Part shown: one piece after another, positions 1 through 11,418 of the stretch
How positions within the stretch are numbered: position 1 is the stretch's first letter
How the letters are laid out: each line of letters begins with the position of its first letter
Source of the DNA: Alphaproteobacteria bacterium
Lineage (GTDB): Bacteria; Pseudomonadota; Alphaproteobacteria; UBA828
NCBI GenBank assembly: GCA_963422645.2
Contig: CAXXVO010000004.1
Span: 96,001-160,000, forward strand
Length of the DNA stretch: 64,000 bases
Direction: 5' to 3'
Translations under genes and position numbers: made by a program
The notes under the pieces: model-generated
The model's input: only the letters and a program-made list of their open reading frames with translations
The model's database searches: none
Told to the model about the DNA's origin: nothing

Positions 1-708
1 GCCCGTCGCTTGCTGGAGATCGACAAGGTGGCGCGCGAGGTCGCGGCGCGGCTGAAGAAGGAAATCAACCACTGGGACCATCGCGCGGAGGACCTGAAGG
101 CGCAGGAGCGGGCCGGCAGGCGGACCCGACTCTCGGCCGCGCAGGCCGCGGTGCGGGCGAACGATCTCGCCGACCGCCTCCAACTGCGCCGCAAGGAGCT
201 CGACCGGGAGCGCGACATCAGCGCCCTTCCGCCGCAGGTGCGCGGCGGCGCCCTGATCGTGCCAGCCGGGCTGCTGCGCGCAGCAGCCGCCGAGTCGGAT
301 CCGGTCCTACCCGAGGCGACGGCCGAAGCCCGGGCTACCGTCGAGCGTCTGGCGATGGAGGCGGTCATGGCAGCGGAACGTCGCTTGGGCCACGAACCGA
401 GGGATGTGAGCGCCGAACGGGTGGGCTACGACATCGAATCGTGCGGAAGCGGCAGCAGGAGGCTCCGCTTCATTGAGGTCAAGGGCCGGGTCCGGGGCGC
501 GGAGACGGTGACGGTCACGCGCAACGAGATCCTCACCGCGCTCAATGCGCCGCACGCCTTCATCCTCGCGATCGTCGAAGTGTCGAACGGCTTCGCAGCG
601 GAGCCGCGTTATGTTCGGCGGCCCTTCGCGCGCGAGCCGGATTTCGGGGCGACGAGCGTGACCTATAAGCTCGCCGACCTGCTGGCACGGAGAACGGAGC
701 CGTCATGA
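1..708 (+). CDS. C-terminus of a large helicase-associated protein with DUF3883 (PD-(D/E)XK-like) nuclease domain; 5' part lies outside the window
   Basis: GYDIES...RFIEVKGR...VTVTRNE motif typical of DUF3883, preceded by a coiled-coil region; context upstream of DUF1156 and DUF499 genes. Confidence 0.85.
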   Translation, partial: ARRLLEIDKVAREVAARLKKEINHWDHRAEDLKAQERAGRRTRLSAAQAAVRANDLADRLQLRRKELDRERDISALPPQVRGGALIVPAGLLRAAAAESDPVLPEATAEARATVERLAMEAVMAAERRLGHEPRDVSAERVGYDIESCGSGSRRLRFIEVKGRVRGAETVTVTRNEILTALNAPHAFILAIVEVSNGFAAEPRYVRRPFAREPDFGATSVTYKLADLLARRTEPS

Positions 709-1679
709 CGACCTACTTCTCGGATCGTGAGTTCGGGTCGAAACCGATGGTGGAGGAAACTGTCAGCCGAGTCGTGTGGCAGGCAATCCTTTCACTGATC
801 AAGACCAGGGCCGATGACGGATCCCTGGCCTACGGCTTCCCTTTGCACTGTCCGGACGGCAACGCTATCGTCAGTACGGATTGGAAAGCCATGTTGAACG
901 CCATTCGCGCGGAGATTGGGGACCTTGCCAACGACGGTCCAGAAGACGGGTTCGACGCCTACTCTTGGACGACTTCGTCGGACAGCCTGCCGAACACCCC
1001 TGCGGTACTGGATCTCCTCGAATTCGTGGCGAGACATGTCGCGCAACCAGCCCGGCGCGGTTGGCATAAGTTTTACTGTCATGATCATTTGAAACTCGAC
1101 AGAGACCAAGGGCTGTGTAAGTTCGTCGAGGACATCAATCGTCTCTTTTCCCGGAACGGCCTTGCATACAGGCTGACCGATGCGGGCGTCATCGAAAGAA
1201 CGGTGTCGGCGCCAATGGCGGAACTGCTGAAGCAGTCGGGGTTCTCCACAGGGGACCGGGATCTCGACGGCCTTCTCGATACTGCCGTCGAGCGCTTTCT
1301 GTTGCCGAAGCCGGAGGCGCGGCAGGACGCCATGGAAAAGCTCTGGGACGCCTTCGAGCGCCTCAAGACCATTGAAGATCCAGGAGACAAGAAAGCGGGG
1401 GCGACCTCGCTGATCGATAGAACGACCGCCTGTGACGCCGCCGTGTTTCGTTTGGCCGTTACGGAAGAGTTTCAGGCGTTGACCCGGATGGGCAATGAAC
1501 TGCGCATTAGGCATTCGGAGGTTGGAAAGGAGCCGGTAGGAGACAATGGGGAGAAGGACTACCTGTTCATGCGACTTTTCTCGCTCATCTGGTTCATGCT
1601 GAAGGGGACGGAACGGCTTTCCAATGTGCGGAATGACCATTCCGACGATGATGAAGCGCCATTTTGGTGCGATCGATGA
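705..1679 (+). CDS. AbiJ-like abortive infection protein (N-terminal domain plus HEPN-like C-terminus)
   Basis: N-terminal YFSDRE; C-terminal EKLWDAFERLKT...GNELRIRH; ATGA overlap with upstream stop; visibly lower GC than neighbours. Confidence 0.65.
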   Translation: MTTYFSDREFGSKPMVEETVSRVVWQAILSLIKTRADDGSLAYGFPLHCPDGNAIVSTDWKAMLNAIRAEIGDLANDGPEDGFDAYSWTTSSDSLPNTPAVLDLLEFVARHVAQPARRGWHKFYCHDHLKLDRDQGLCKFVEDINRLFSRNGLAYRLTDAGVIERTVSAPMAELLKQSGFSTGDRDLDGLLDTAVERFLLPKPEARQDAMEKLWDAFERLKTIEDPGDKKAGATSLIDRTTACDAAVFRLAVTEEFQALTRMGNELRIRHSEVGKEPVGDNGEKDYLFMRLFSLIWFMLKGTERLSNVRNDHSDDDEAPFWCDR

Positions 1680-1710
1680 CGATGGCGCATGAACCGGGAA
1701 CAAACCGCAC

Positions 1711-4577
1711 GTGAACAAATCCCATCGCAAGAAGCTCATCGAGGTGGCGTTGCCGCTCGCCGCGATCAACGAGGCGGCGGCGAAGGAAAAGTCGATCCGC
1801 CACGGCCATCCCTCGACCCTGCATCTGTGGTGGGCGCGCCGTCCGCTCGCGGCGTGTCGGGCGGTGCTGTTCGCGCAGCTCGTGGACGATCCGTCCTCGG
1901 TGCCGGAAGAGTTCTCCGACGCGGCCGCGCAGGCGAAGGAGCGCCGCCGCCTGTTCGACATCATCGAAGAACTGGTGCTGTGGGAGAATTCCAACAATGA
2001 GCGCGTCATCGCTAATACGCGGCGCGAGATCGCGCGCTCGGTCGCCCGCACCCTCGGCGAGGCCCCGCCGCAAGGCAGGGTGGATGTCGATGTTTTTCTC
2101 GCGGAGAAGGCGCCGCCGGTGGCCGACCCGTTCTGCGGCGGCGGCTCGATCCCGCTCGAGGCGCAGCGGCTGGGCCTGCGCGCGCACGGCTTGGATCTCA
2201 ACCCCGTGGCGGTGCTGATCGCCAAGGCGCTGGTCGAGATCCCGCCCCGCTTCGCCGACCTCCCGCCGGTCAACCCGGACGCGCAGGCGACGCTCGCCGG
2301 CGGCGCGGACTGGGACGGCAACGGCGCGCGGGGCTTGGCCGAGGATGTGCGCTTCTACGGCCGATGGATGCGCGACGAGGCGGAGAAGCGGATCGGTCAT
2401 CTATACCCCAAGGCGCGGCTGCCCGACGGCTCTGAAGCCACGGCGATCGCGTGGCTGTGGGCGCGCACCGTGGCAAGCCCCAACCCGGCGGCGCGCGGCG
2501 TGCACGTGCCGCTCGCGAGCTCCTTCGTGCTGTCTTCGAAGAAGAGAAGGGAATCCATCGTGGTGCCGGAAGTCGAGGCGGGCCGGTATCGCTTCACCGT
2601 CAAGTCCGGCAATATCGGCCCGGAGGCACTGGCGCGAGCCAGGGCGGGGACCAAGAACGGGCGAGGCGCCAATTTTACCTGCCTGCTTTCGGGGGCGCCG
2701 ATCCCGGCTGCGCACATCAAGGCCGAAGGGGTGGCCGGGCGCATGGGCGCGCGGCTCATGGCGGTGGTGGCGCAGGGCAGAGGCGGGCGCGTCTACGTGG
2801 CGCCCACCGAAGAGATGGAGCGGGCGGCGCGGAAGGCGAGGCCGGAATGGAAGCCCGACGGTGACGTACCCCGAAAGCTGACCGGTGGAACGTGCTATGG
2901 CTATGGCCTGACGACCTTCGCCGACCTGTTCACCGACCGGCAGTTGGTGGCATTGGGAACGTTTTCCGATCTGGTGGCGGAAGCGCGCGAGAAGGTGAAG
3001 GCGGCGTGGGCGAGTGCGCACCCAAGTATGCGCCCAGGCGGCGGTGCAGAAGCCTATGCCGACGCGGTGGCTACCTGTTTGGGGCTGAGCGTCAGCAAGC
3101 AGGCCAATCGGTCGTCGAATCTGAACTTCTGGGATCCCGGTGGAGCCATGGTGCAACAGGTATTCGCGCGGCAGGCGCTTCCGATGGTATGGGATTTCTG
3201 CGAAGCCAACCCATTCAGCGGATCGAGCGGAAGTTTTGTCGGCAGGTCGGCTATCTCGCGAACGTGGTGGCGGCGTCCCCGCAGAGTGTTCCGGGCGGTT
3301 CCGCGAGACTGGCGGATGCGGCATCGGACGGCGGGGCGCAACCGTCCCGGGTCGTGGCGACCGACCCGCCCTATTACGACAATATCGGCTACGCCGATCT
3401 TTCCGACTTCTTCTATGTCTGGCTGCGTCGATCGCTCGGCGCCGTCTACCCCGATCTGTTCAGGACTCTCCTGACTCCAAAATCCGCTGAACTGGTCGCT
3501 ACGCCATACCGCTTCGATGGCGACCGGGACGAAGCCCGGAAATTTTTCGAGACCGGCCTCGGCCGCGCGATGGCGCACATGCGAGCAGTGCAAGCGCTAC
3601 ATTATCCGATGACCCTCTTTTACGCCTATAAGCAGGCGGAGACGAAGCGCGATGGCGAAGGCAATGGATCGACGGTCTCCACCGGTTGGGAAACCATGCT
3701 GACCGGCGTTATCGACGCAGGCTTCACAGTCGATGGAACCTGGCCCATTCGGACCGAACTGGCAGGTAATCTGAAAAAGCGGGTGTCCGCCCTTGCCTCG
3801 TCCATCGTACTCGCCTGCCGCCCGCGTCCGGACGATGCGCCGATGGCCACCCGGCGCGACTTCACCGCCGCGCTGAGGCGCGAGCTTCCGCCGGCGATCC
3901 GGCGCATGCAAAACGAGAATATCGCTCCTGTCGATCTCGCCCAGGCGGCGATCGGCCCGGGCATGGCGGTGTTCTCGCGCTACGCCCGGGTGCTGGAGGC
4001 CGACGGCGCGGCGATGCCGGTGCGCCAGGCGCTCGTCGAGATCAATCGGGTGCTCGACGAGACCCTGGCCGAGGCCGAGGGCGACATGGACGCCGATACC
4101 CGATTCTGCGTTGCCTGGTTCGAGCAGCACGGCGCAGCCGAGTGCGCCTACGGCGAGGCGGAGGTGCTGTTCACCGCCAAGAACACGTCGTTTGCGGGCC
4201 TGGAGAAGGCCGGCGTGCTCGTCGGCGGAGGCGGCAAGGTCCGCCTCCGGCGCCGGGACGAACTGGAACCGGACTGGGCCCCGGCGACAGACAAGCGTAT
4301 CGCCGACTGGGAGTGCGTCCAGTATCTGGTGCGGGCGATGGACCCGAAGACCGGCGGCGGGGTCGAGGAAGCGGCGCGCCTCGCCGCCGCCATGGGGCCG
4401 GAGCGCGCGGAGAACGCGCGGGCGCTCGCCTACCGCCTCTATACCGTGTCAGAGCGCAAGGGCTGGACCGACGAGGCGCTCGCCTGCAACATTCTTGTCA
4501 CCTCGTTGCCGGATATCCGCGACGCGATGGCCCGTCTCGCGGCGGGCGCCGGGACCCAGGGCGGGCTTGCACTGTAG
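1711..4577 (+). pseudogene. DUF1156 adenine DNA methyltransferase, split by a single-base frameshift near 3243 (real or sequencing error)
   Basis: ORF 1711-3474 has [19 protein letters not shown] and [10 protein letters not shown]; ORF 2892-4577 has TDPPYYDNI; frames join at ...[15 protein letters not shown]... Confidence 0.85.
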
Positions 4578-4591
4578 CAGAGGGCGATAGC

Positions 4592-7500
4592 GTGACCTCG
4601 AATCATCAGCGCGTGACCGAAGGCCTCGAGATACTGACCGGCGTCCTGGCGCCCTATGTCGGCGGCGAGCTGCGGGCGCGGTTCGGCGACGAGTGGTGGG
4701 ACCGGGGAGTCCTCGGCGTGCTCTACGACCAGCAGAAGCGCGGGCTGCCGCCGGCGGGCGAGGATGACGAGTTGGTCGCGCATCTCGACGCGGCCCGCAG
4801 CCTGATCCTGATGGACGTGCAGTGGAACGAACTGTTCCGGCGCAAGCTCGACCGCGAGCATCGGAACTGGATCAAGGAGCTCGTCGCGACGCGCAACAAG
4901 TGGGCGCACAAGGGTCTGATGGACATGGCCGACGACGACGCCTGGCGGGCGCTCGACACGATGACGCGGCTGGTCGAGCAGATGGACTCGGAGGCGACCG
5001 AGCGCCTGCGCGCGCTCGCGCGCACGGTGCGCTACGGTACCGAGGGTCCGTCGACCGCGGCGCGGGGCGCGGAGGACGCAGACGACGCGGCGCCGCACCG
5101 GGCACGCAGCAAGGGGGTTCTCGCCGTCGTTCCCCGACAGGGGCTGAGACCGTGGCGCGAGATTGCGCGCCCACACCCCGATGTCGCGGCCGGGCGCTAC
5201 CGGCAGGCGGAGTTTGCCGCCGACCTGTCGCAGGTCGCGCGCGGCACGGCGGATGTCGAATACCAGGATCCGGTCGAGTTTTTCGCCCGTACCTATCTGA
5301 CCGAGGGCATGCGCGGGCTGCTGGTGCAGGCACTGAAGCGCTTGGGCGGCAATGGCGGCGAGCCGGTCATCCAGCTCAAGACGGCGTTCGGCGGCGGCAA
5401 AACCCACTCGCTGCTTGCGCTCTGGCACCTGTGCCGGGGCCGCGCGCCGCTCGATCGCGTGCCGCAGGTAGCGGAACTGCTTCGCGAAACGGGTATCGGG
5501 AGCCCGCCCGGGGCGCGCATCGCCGTGATCGTGGGGACTGCGCTCAATCCGGCCCGGGAGCGCAGGCCTCCCAATCTTCAGGGCATCGCGATCCGCACGC
5601 TGTGGGGCGAGATCGGCGCGCAGCTTGCGGAGCAGGCCGGCAACCGGAAGCTCTACGACCATGTGCGGGCCGCCGACCGCAAGGGCGTGCCGCCCGGCTC
5701 CGAAGCGCTGCGCGAATTGTTCGACGCCTGCGGCCCGTGCCTCATCCTGATCGACGAGCTCGTCGCCTATGCGCGCAAGATCCATGGCGCCGAAGGGCTG
5801 CCGGCGGGAAGCTTCGATGCCGTGCAGACTTTCATCCAGGAACTCACCGAGGCGGCGCGCGCGAGTAGGAACACGGCGCTGGTGGCGACGATCCCGGAGT
5901 CCGACATCGAGATCGGCGGCGAGGCGGGGAAGGAGACCCTCGCGCGGATCGAACATACCTTCGGTCGCATGGAGGCGATCTGGAAGCCGGTCGGCTCCGA
6001 GGAGGGCTTCGAGGTGGTGCGCCGGCGGCTCTTCCTGCCGATCGACGACGAGCCGGCGCGCGACGATGTGTGCCGCGCGTTCAGCCAGCTCTACCGCGAC
6101 GAGGGCGACGCGTTTCCGGGCGAATGCCGCGAAACGCGCTATCTTGAGCGGATGAAGTCCTGCTACCCGCTCCATCCGGAGGTGTTCGACCGGCTTTACG
6201 CGGACTGGGCGACCCTCGAGCGCTTCCAGCGCACGCGCGGGGTGCTGCGCCTGATGGCGGCGGTGATCCACGATCTGTGGGTGCGCAACGACGCGAGCCT
6301 GCTGATCCTGCCCGGCGCGCTCGGCCTCGACGCAGTAGCGGTGCGCGAGGAGCTGACGCGCTACCTGCCGGAGGGCTGGCCTTCGGTGCTGGAAAGCGAT
6401 GTGGACGGGCGCAACTCGGGACCGTTACGGATCGATTCCGGGAATCCGCGCTTCGGCCGGACGCTGGCGGCGCGGCGCGTGGCGCGCTCGATCTTCCTCG
6501 GCAGCGCACCGCATGTGGTCCAGCAGCAGGTGCGCGGCGTCGAGGACGTGCGCGTGCGTCTTGGCGCGGTGCAGCCGGGCGAGGCCGTCTCGGTGTTCAA
6601 CGATGCCCTGTCGCAGCTTTCCGAACGGCTGACCTATCTCTACCGCAAGGACCGGCGCTACTGGTACGACACGCGGCCGAACCTGCGGCGAACCGTCGAG
6701 GAGCGCGCGCAGCAAGTTGCGGATGACGAGGTCGAGGGCGAGATCGAGCGGCGGGTGCGCGAGACCGCCCGCCGCGAGCGGGGCGAGTTCCGGGGCGTGC
6801 ACGCCTGTCCGGCGTCGCCCGGTGACGTGCCCGACGAGCAGGAATGCCGACTCGTCGTGTTGCGGCCGGACACGCCCCATCGGAGCTCCGACCCGGAGAG
6901 CGCCGCACTGCAGGCCGCGGGCGACATCCTCGCCTACCGTGGGACGGCGCCGCGCCAGCACCGCAACGCACTCGTGTTTCTCGCCGCGGACCGCGAGGCG
7001 ATGGACGGCCTGCGGCAGGAAACAAGGCGCTTCCTCGCCTGGCAGTCGGTGGTCCGCGACCAGGAGGCGCTCAATCTCGACACGCACCAGAGGCGCGAGG
7101 CGTCCGACGGCGAGAAGGCGAGCGACCGCAATGTCCGCATCCGGTTCGATGAGGCATGGCGTTGGCTCCTGGCGCCGGCGCAGCCGGTCGCGAACGGCGA
7201 TGTCGGCGAGCTCGGTTGGGATATCTTTCGGGCGGCGGGCGCCGGGGAGTCGATCCTGCTCCGGGCGTCCCGGCACGTGCGCGCCGCCGAACACGTCATC
7301 GTCCGCTGGTCGCCGGCGCTGCTCCGGATGGAGCTCGACCGCTGGTTCTGGAACGACCGGGATCACGTCTCGGCGAAGACGGTATGGGATGCGCTCGCTT
7401 CCTATTGTTATCTGCCGCGATTGCGGGATCGGGCGGTTTTCGTCGAGGCAGTCCAGGACGGGATCGCGGGCGGGGAGTACTTTGCATACGCAACCAGCGT

Positions 7501-7969
7501 GTCGGAGAGCGGACGCTACGAGGGGCTGACGTTCGGCGCGCCGGCCGCCGCGGTATATGTCGACGCGGCAAGCATTCTGGTCAAACCGGACGCCGCACGC
7601 GCGCAGATCGAGGCCGAGCGGCTGGAGACGAAACGCCGGGAGCCCGATCCGCATGCGGGATCCGATGCAGGGTCTGGCGGAGTTCGGGAGTCGGACCCGC
7701 CGGAGTATGACCCTGAGCCGCGTCCTTCGCTTCTTCCGCGGCGCTTCTTCGGCACGGTCGCGATCGATCCGGATCGCGCCGGCCGCGACATGGGCAAGGT
7801 TGCCGAAGAGGTCCTGCAACACCTGACGACGATGCCTGGTGGGAAGGTCCGGGTCACGGTCGAGATCGAGGCCGAGACGGCGGAGGGCGTCTCCGGGGAC
7901 GTGCAACGGGTCGTCGACGAGAACTGCCGCACGCTGCGATTCGCCATCCACGGGTTCGAGGAAGCCTGA
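4592..7969 (+). CDS. DUF499 AAA+ ATPase with N-terminal Swt1-like HEPN domain
   Basis: Walker A TAFGGGKTH, Walker B LILIDE, YPLHPE, FQRTRGVLRL; RNKWAH (RxxxxH) near N-terminus; GTG start at 4592 after the methylase stop. Confidence 0.88.
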   Translation: MTSNHQRVTEGLEILTGVLAPYVGGELRARFGDEWWDRGVLGVLYDQQKRGLPPAGEDDELVAHLDAARSLILMDVQWNELFRRKLDREHRNWIKELVATRNKWAHKGLMDMADDDAWRALDTMTRLVEQMDSEATERLRALARTVRYGTEGPSTAARGAEDADDAAPHRARSKGVLAVVPRQGLRPWREIARPHPDVAAGRYRQAEFAADLSQVARGTADVEYQDPVEFFARTYLTEGMRGLLVQALKRLGGNGGEPVIQLKTAFGGGKTHSLLALWHLCRGRAPLDRVPQVAELLRETGIGSPPGARIAVIVGTALNPARERRPPNLQGIAIRTLWGEIGAQLAEQAGNRKLYDHVRAADRKGVPPGSEALRELFDACGPCLILIDELVAYARKIHGAEGLPAGSFDAVQTFIQELTEAARASRNTALVATIPESDIEIGGEAGKETLARIEHTFGRMEAIWKPVGSEEGFEVVRRRLFLPIDDEPARDDVCRAFSQLYRDEGDAFPGECRETRYLERMKSCYPLHPEVFDRLYADWATLERFQRTRGVLRLMAAVIHDLWVRNDASLLILPGALGLDAVAVREELTRYLPEGWPSVLESDVDGRNSGPLRIDSGNPRFGRTLAARRVARSIFLGSAPHVVQQQVRGVEDVRVRLGAVQPGEAVSVFNDALSQLSERLTYLYRKDRRYWYDTRPNLRRTVEERAQQVADDEVEGEIERRVRETARRERGEFRGVHACPASPGDVPDEQECRLVVLRPDTPHRSSDPESAALQAAGDILAYRGTAPRQHRNALVFLAADREAMDGLRQETRRFLAWQSVVRDQEALNLDTHQRREASDGEKASDRNVRIRFDEAWRWLLAPAQPVANGDVGELGWDIFRAAGAGESILLRASRHVRAAEHVIVRWSPALLRMELDRWFWNDRDHVSAKTVWDALASYCYLPRLRDRAVFVEAVQDGIAGGEYFAYATSVSESGRYEGLTFGAPAAAVYVDAASILVKPDAARAQIEAERLETKRREPDPHAGSDAGSGGVRESDPPEYDPEPRPSLLPRRFFGTVAIDPDRAGRDMGKVAEEVLQHLTTMPGGKVRVTVEIEAETAEGVSGDVQRVVDENCRTLRFAIHGFEEA

Positions 7970-10900
7970 GCCGGCCGATTCTGCCTCCGCGCGCGCAATG
8001 ATGAAGGCGGCTTGGCCGACTGCCGTAGCTGTCAGCCGGCACTCCGTGGCACCGCCTTGCGTGAGGGGCCACAGGCAGGGCTGCCCCCGCTCAGATGATC
8101 CACTTGTATCCCGTCGCGCGACACACTATAATTCTATGTGTGTGCAGGTGCATCAGGAGAGCAGGTCACCGTTTCAACCTGAGTGCCTGATTGCGTTGAA
8201 GACGGGATTGGATGCGCCATGACATCGCTACGGAGAAAGCCCCCGATCCATCCGGGAACCCACATCAAGCAATCGATTCTTCCCGCCGAACTCTCGGTGA
8301 CGAAGGCCGCCCGGATGCTTCAGGTTGGCAGACCTGCCTTATCCAATCTGCTGAACGGCAGAGCCGCGCTTTCCCCCGACATGGCCGTGCGGTTCGAGAA
8401 GGCGTTTCACGCCGACGCCTCAGTGCTTCTTGAAATGCAGGCGCGGTATGATGAATTCGAGGCGCGCGATCGCGAGGACGATATCGTCGTCCGCGCGTAC
8501 ACGCCTGCATTTCTCGGGATTACTGCCCGTCAAGTCGCCGCATGGGCGGATACCATAGATGCGCGTGCACAGCTTCCGGCGCTGCTGCGCACGCTGGTGC
8601 ACACGACTGGCAGCAATCTGACTGCGGTCGATTTTCCAGCCTTCGACAATTCCCAGCGGAAGGGCTGGGACGGTCAGGTCACATCCGGATCGGCGACACC
8701 GTGGATACCGCGTGGCCAATCCGGCTGGGAGTTCGGATGCGTCAAGACACCCAAATCCAAGGCGGAGAAGGACTATCGAGCCCGTACCGCCAATGTTCCC
8801 TCGACGGAACGGAAATCCACGACGTTCGTGTTCGTAACGCCGAGAAACTGGACCGGCAAAGACAAGTGGGCCAAGGACAAGAGAGCATTGGGAGAATGGA
8901 AGGATGTGCGCGCCTTCGACGCCAGCGACCTGGAACAATGGCTGGAACAGTCGATCCCGGCGCAGACCCGAATGCGCGAGTTCCTGGGAGGTGCAGGTCA
9001 GGAGGTCACAACGCTGAATCAGATATGGCTTGAGTGGGCGGCCGTCACCGAGCCCGATCTGCCGAAAGAGCTGTTCGCTCCTGCCGCCGAACGACATCGG
9101 GAACAGCTCGAGACATGGCTGAAAGCACCTCCAGCCAGTCCCTTCGTCGTCACCGCCGACTCGACCCTGGAGGCGCTGGCCTTCCTGAGCTGCGCGCTGG
9201 AACGGTTGGAAGAGACATGCCCCAGTGTCTATGAGCGGGCCGTCGCTATTCGCTCGCTTGAGTCCTTCAAGACCATCGCCAGGATATCATCGGACTTCAT
9301 TGCGATAGTGGCCTCCTCCGAGGTTGAGAAGGCTCTCGCAGGACTGCAGAGGAAAACTCACACCATCATCGTGCGCGGACGCAATACGGTGAGAAACGAC
9401 GCGAACATCGCGCTCGACCTGCTCGGCCATGAGCCGTTCCGCGAGGCCCTACGCGGTATCGGGCTCAAAGACCCCCGGATAGACCGGCTCGCACGGGAAT
9501 CTGCACGCTCGCCAACTATCCTCCGGCGTCGCCTCGCCCAGGTTGAGGCCGTCAAGATCCCGCCCTGGGCCAATGACAACAATGTCGCGCAGGCCCTGAT
9601 CCCGTTCATATTCGTTGGCGCGTGGGATTCCGGCGCCGATGCGGACAAGGAAATACTGCGCCGCCTGATCGACAACCCCTGCGAAAACGCGGAGAAAACG
9701 ATCGCTCAGCTCCAGACAACGGACGAACCGCCGATCTGGTCGATCGACAATTTCCGCGGGGTCGTCTCCAAGATTGATGCGCTTGATGCCACGCACCGAG
9801 CCCTCACCAAGAAGGACTTGGAGAACTTCCTGTTCGTCGCTGAAATCGTTCTGTCTGAACAAGACCCCGCGTTGGAGCTCCCGGAGGACCAGCGGTGGGC
9901 GGCGAACCTCTACGGAAAGAGCCGGGATCATTCGTCCGCCCTGCGTCAGGGCATCTGCGATACGCTCGTGCTTCTGGCCGTGCACGGTAATGTCCTTGTC
10001 GGTGAGCGCCTCGGGATCGACCTTGAGGCCGCTGTTGGTGGCGTCATCTGCCGCCTGCTGAGCCCTTCAGCCACGTCGACGTGGCTATCTCAGAAGAACG
10101 ATCTGCCACAATACGCCGAGGCCGCGCCGGATGCGTTTCTTGGCATCATCGAAGCAGACCTCGACAGCGAGGACCCGAAGATTGCCGCGTTGTTCGCGCC
10201 CGCGGATACCGGGATTTTCGGCGAATGTCCGCGCTCGGGCATGCTGCGGGCGCTCGAATTGCTGGCCTGGAAGCCGGAACGGCTGGTCCGCGTCACGTCT
10301 ATTCTCGCAAGACTGTGCGCGTGGCAGATCGATGACAACTGGGCCAACAAGCCCATGGACACGCTCAAATCGATCTTCCGGGTCTGGATGCCTCAGACGG
10401 CCGCTTTACTCGACCAGCGCAACCGGGCGCTCGAACGGCTCACCAACAAGTGCCCGAAGGTCGGCTGGCAGGTTTGTGTCGATCAATTCAATCCGGGTTC
10501 AACCATCGGGGATTACAGTACTAAGCCGCGCTGGCGCACCGACGCTAATGACACGGAAGAGGTCATTACACGCGGCATAGCGTGGGACGAAGCGTGGGCC
10601 GGTCGACGTAGGGCAATAGAACTTGCACTCGACTGGTCCGCGCACGACGAGCACTCGCTCGGCGATTTGGTCGGGCGCCTCAAGGCGCTAGGTCCTGACC
10701 ACCGCAAGCGAGTGTGGGAGCTTGTTGGCGCCTGGAATGACACTGGTCCTACCGACAGCCAAAAGACGGCGTTGCGTGAGCAGATACGGTGCAGCGCCCT
10801 AACCCGGCGCAGCCGGCGCCGCGGTATTGACGACGTCGAGAGGAAACGCGCCGGAAATGCCTATGCGCTGCTCGAATCCCGGGACGCCGTAACGCGTCAT

Positions 10901-11418
10901 CAGTGGCTTTTTCTCAGCGAGTGGGTGGATGAATCGGCCAACGAGCTTGAAGACGAAGAGTTCGATTACCGGAAGAGAGAGGAGCGCGTCGCTCGCCAGC
11001 GACGTGACGCCTTGCAGGAGGTGTGGGGGCAATCAGGGCTGGACGGAATCAAGGAGCTGTGCCGATCCGGCGACGCTTCTTGCGTGGTGGGGTGGCACAT
11101 GACCGAAATCTGCACCGGGGTTCGGCAGGCGTCGGATTTTCTCAAGGACATTGTGGCCGAGCAGTCAGACGAGCTACGGGACAAGTGCGAGCAGTGCATC
11201 ACCGGTTTTCTGGCCAGGCTCGATATGCCAGACCGCCACGCCACTCTCGTAGAACTGCTCGCGCGCCTGGGCTCCGATGAGAATGCGTGTATTCGCCTCC
11301 TGCGCTGCGCGCCTTTCGACAGCGGCACCTGGCAACACGTTGACCGGCTTCCCAATGGCCTGAAGCGGCGATATTGGGAGGAGGTGAATCCCCGCTGCGG
11401 GCTCCATGATGCTCCTGA

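Noticed and set aside
3225-3250. Programmed frameshift or phase variation in the DUF1156 methylase
   Set aside because: No slippery heptamer or simple-sequence tract at the junction
4142-4591. 150-aa N-terminal extension of the DUF499 ORF
   Set aside because: Overlaps the methylase in another frame and reads as a GC shadow; GTG at 4592 is the plausible start
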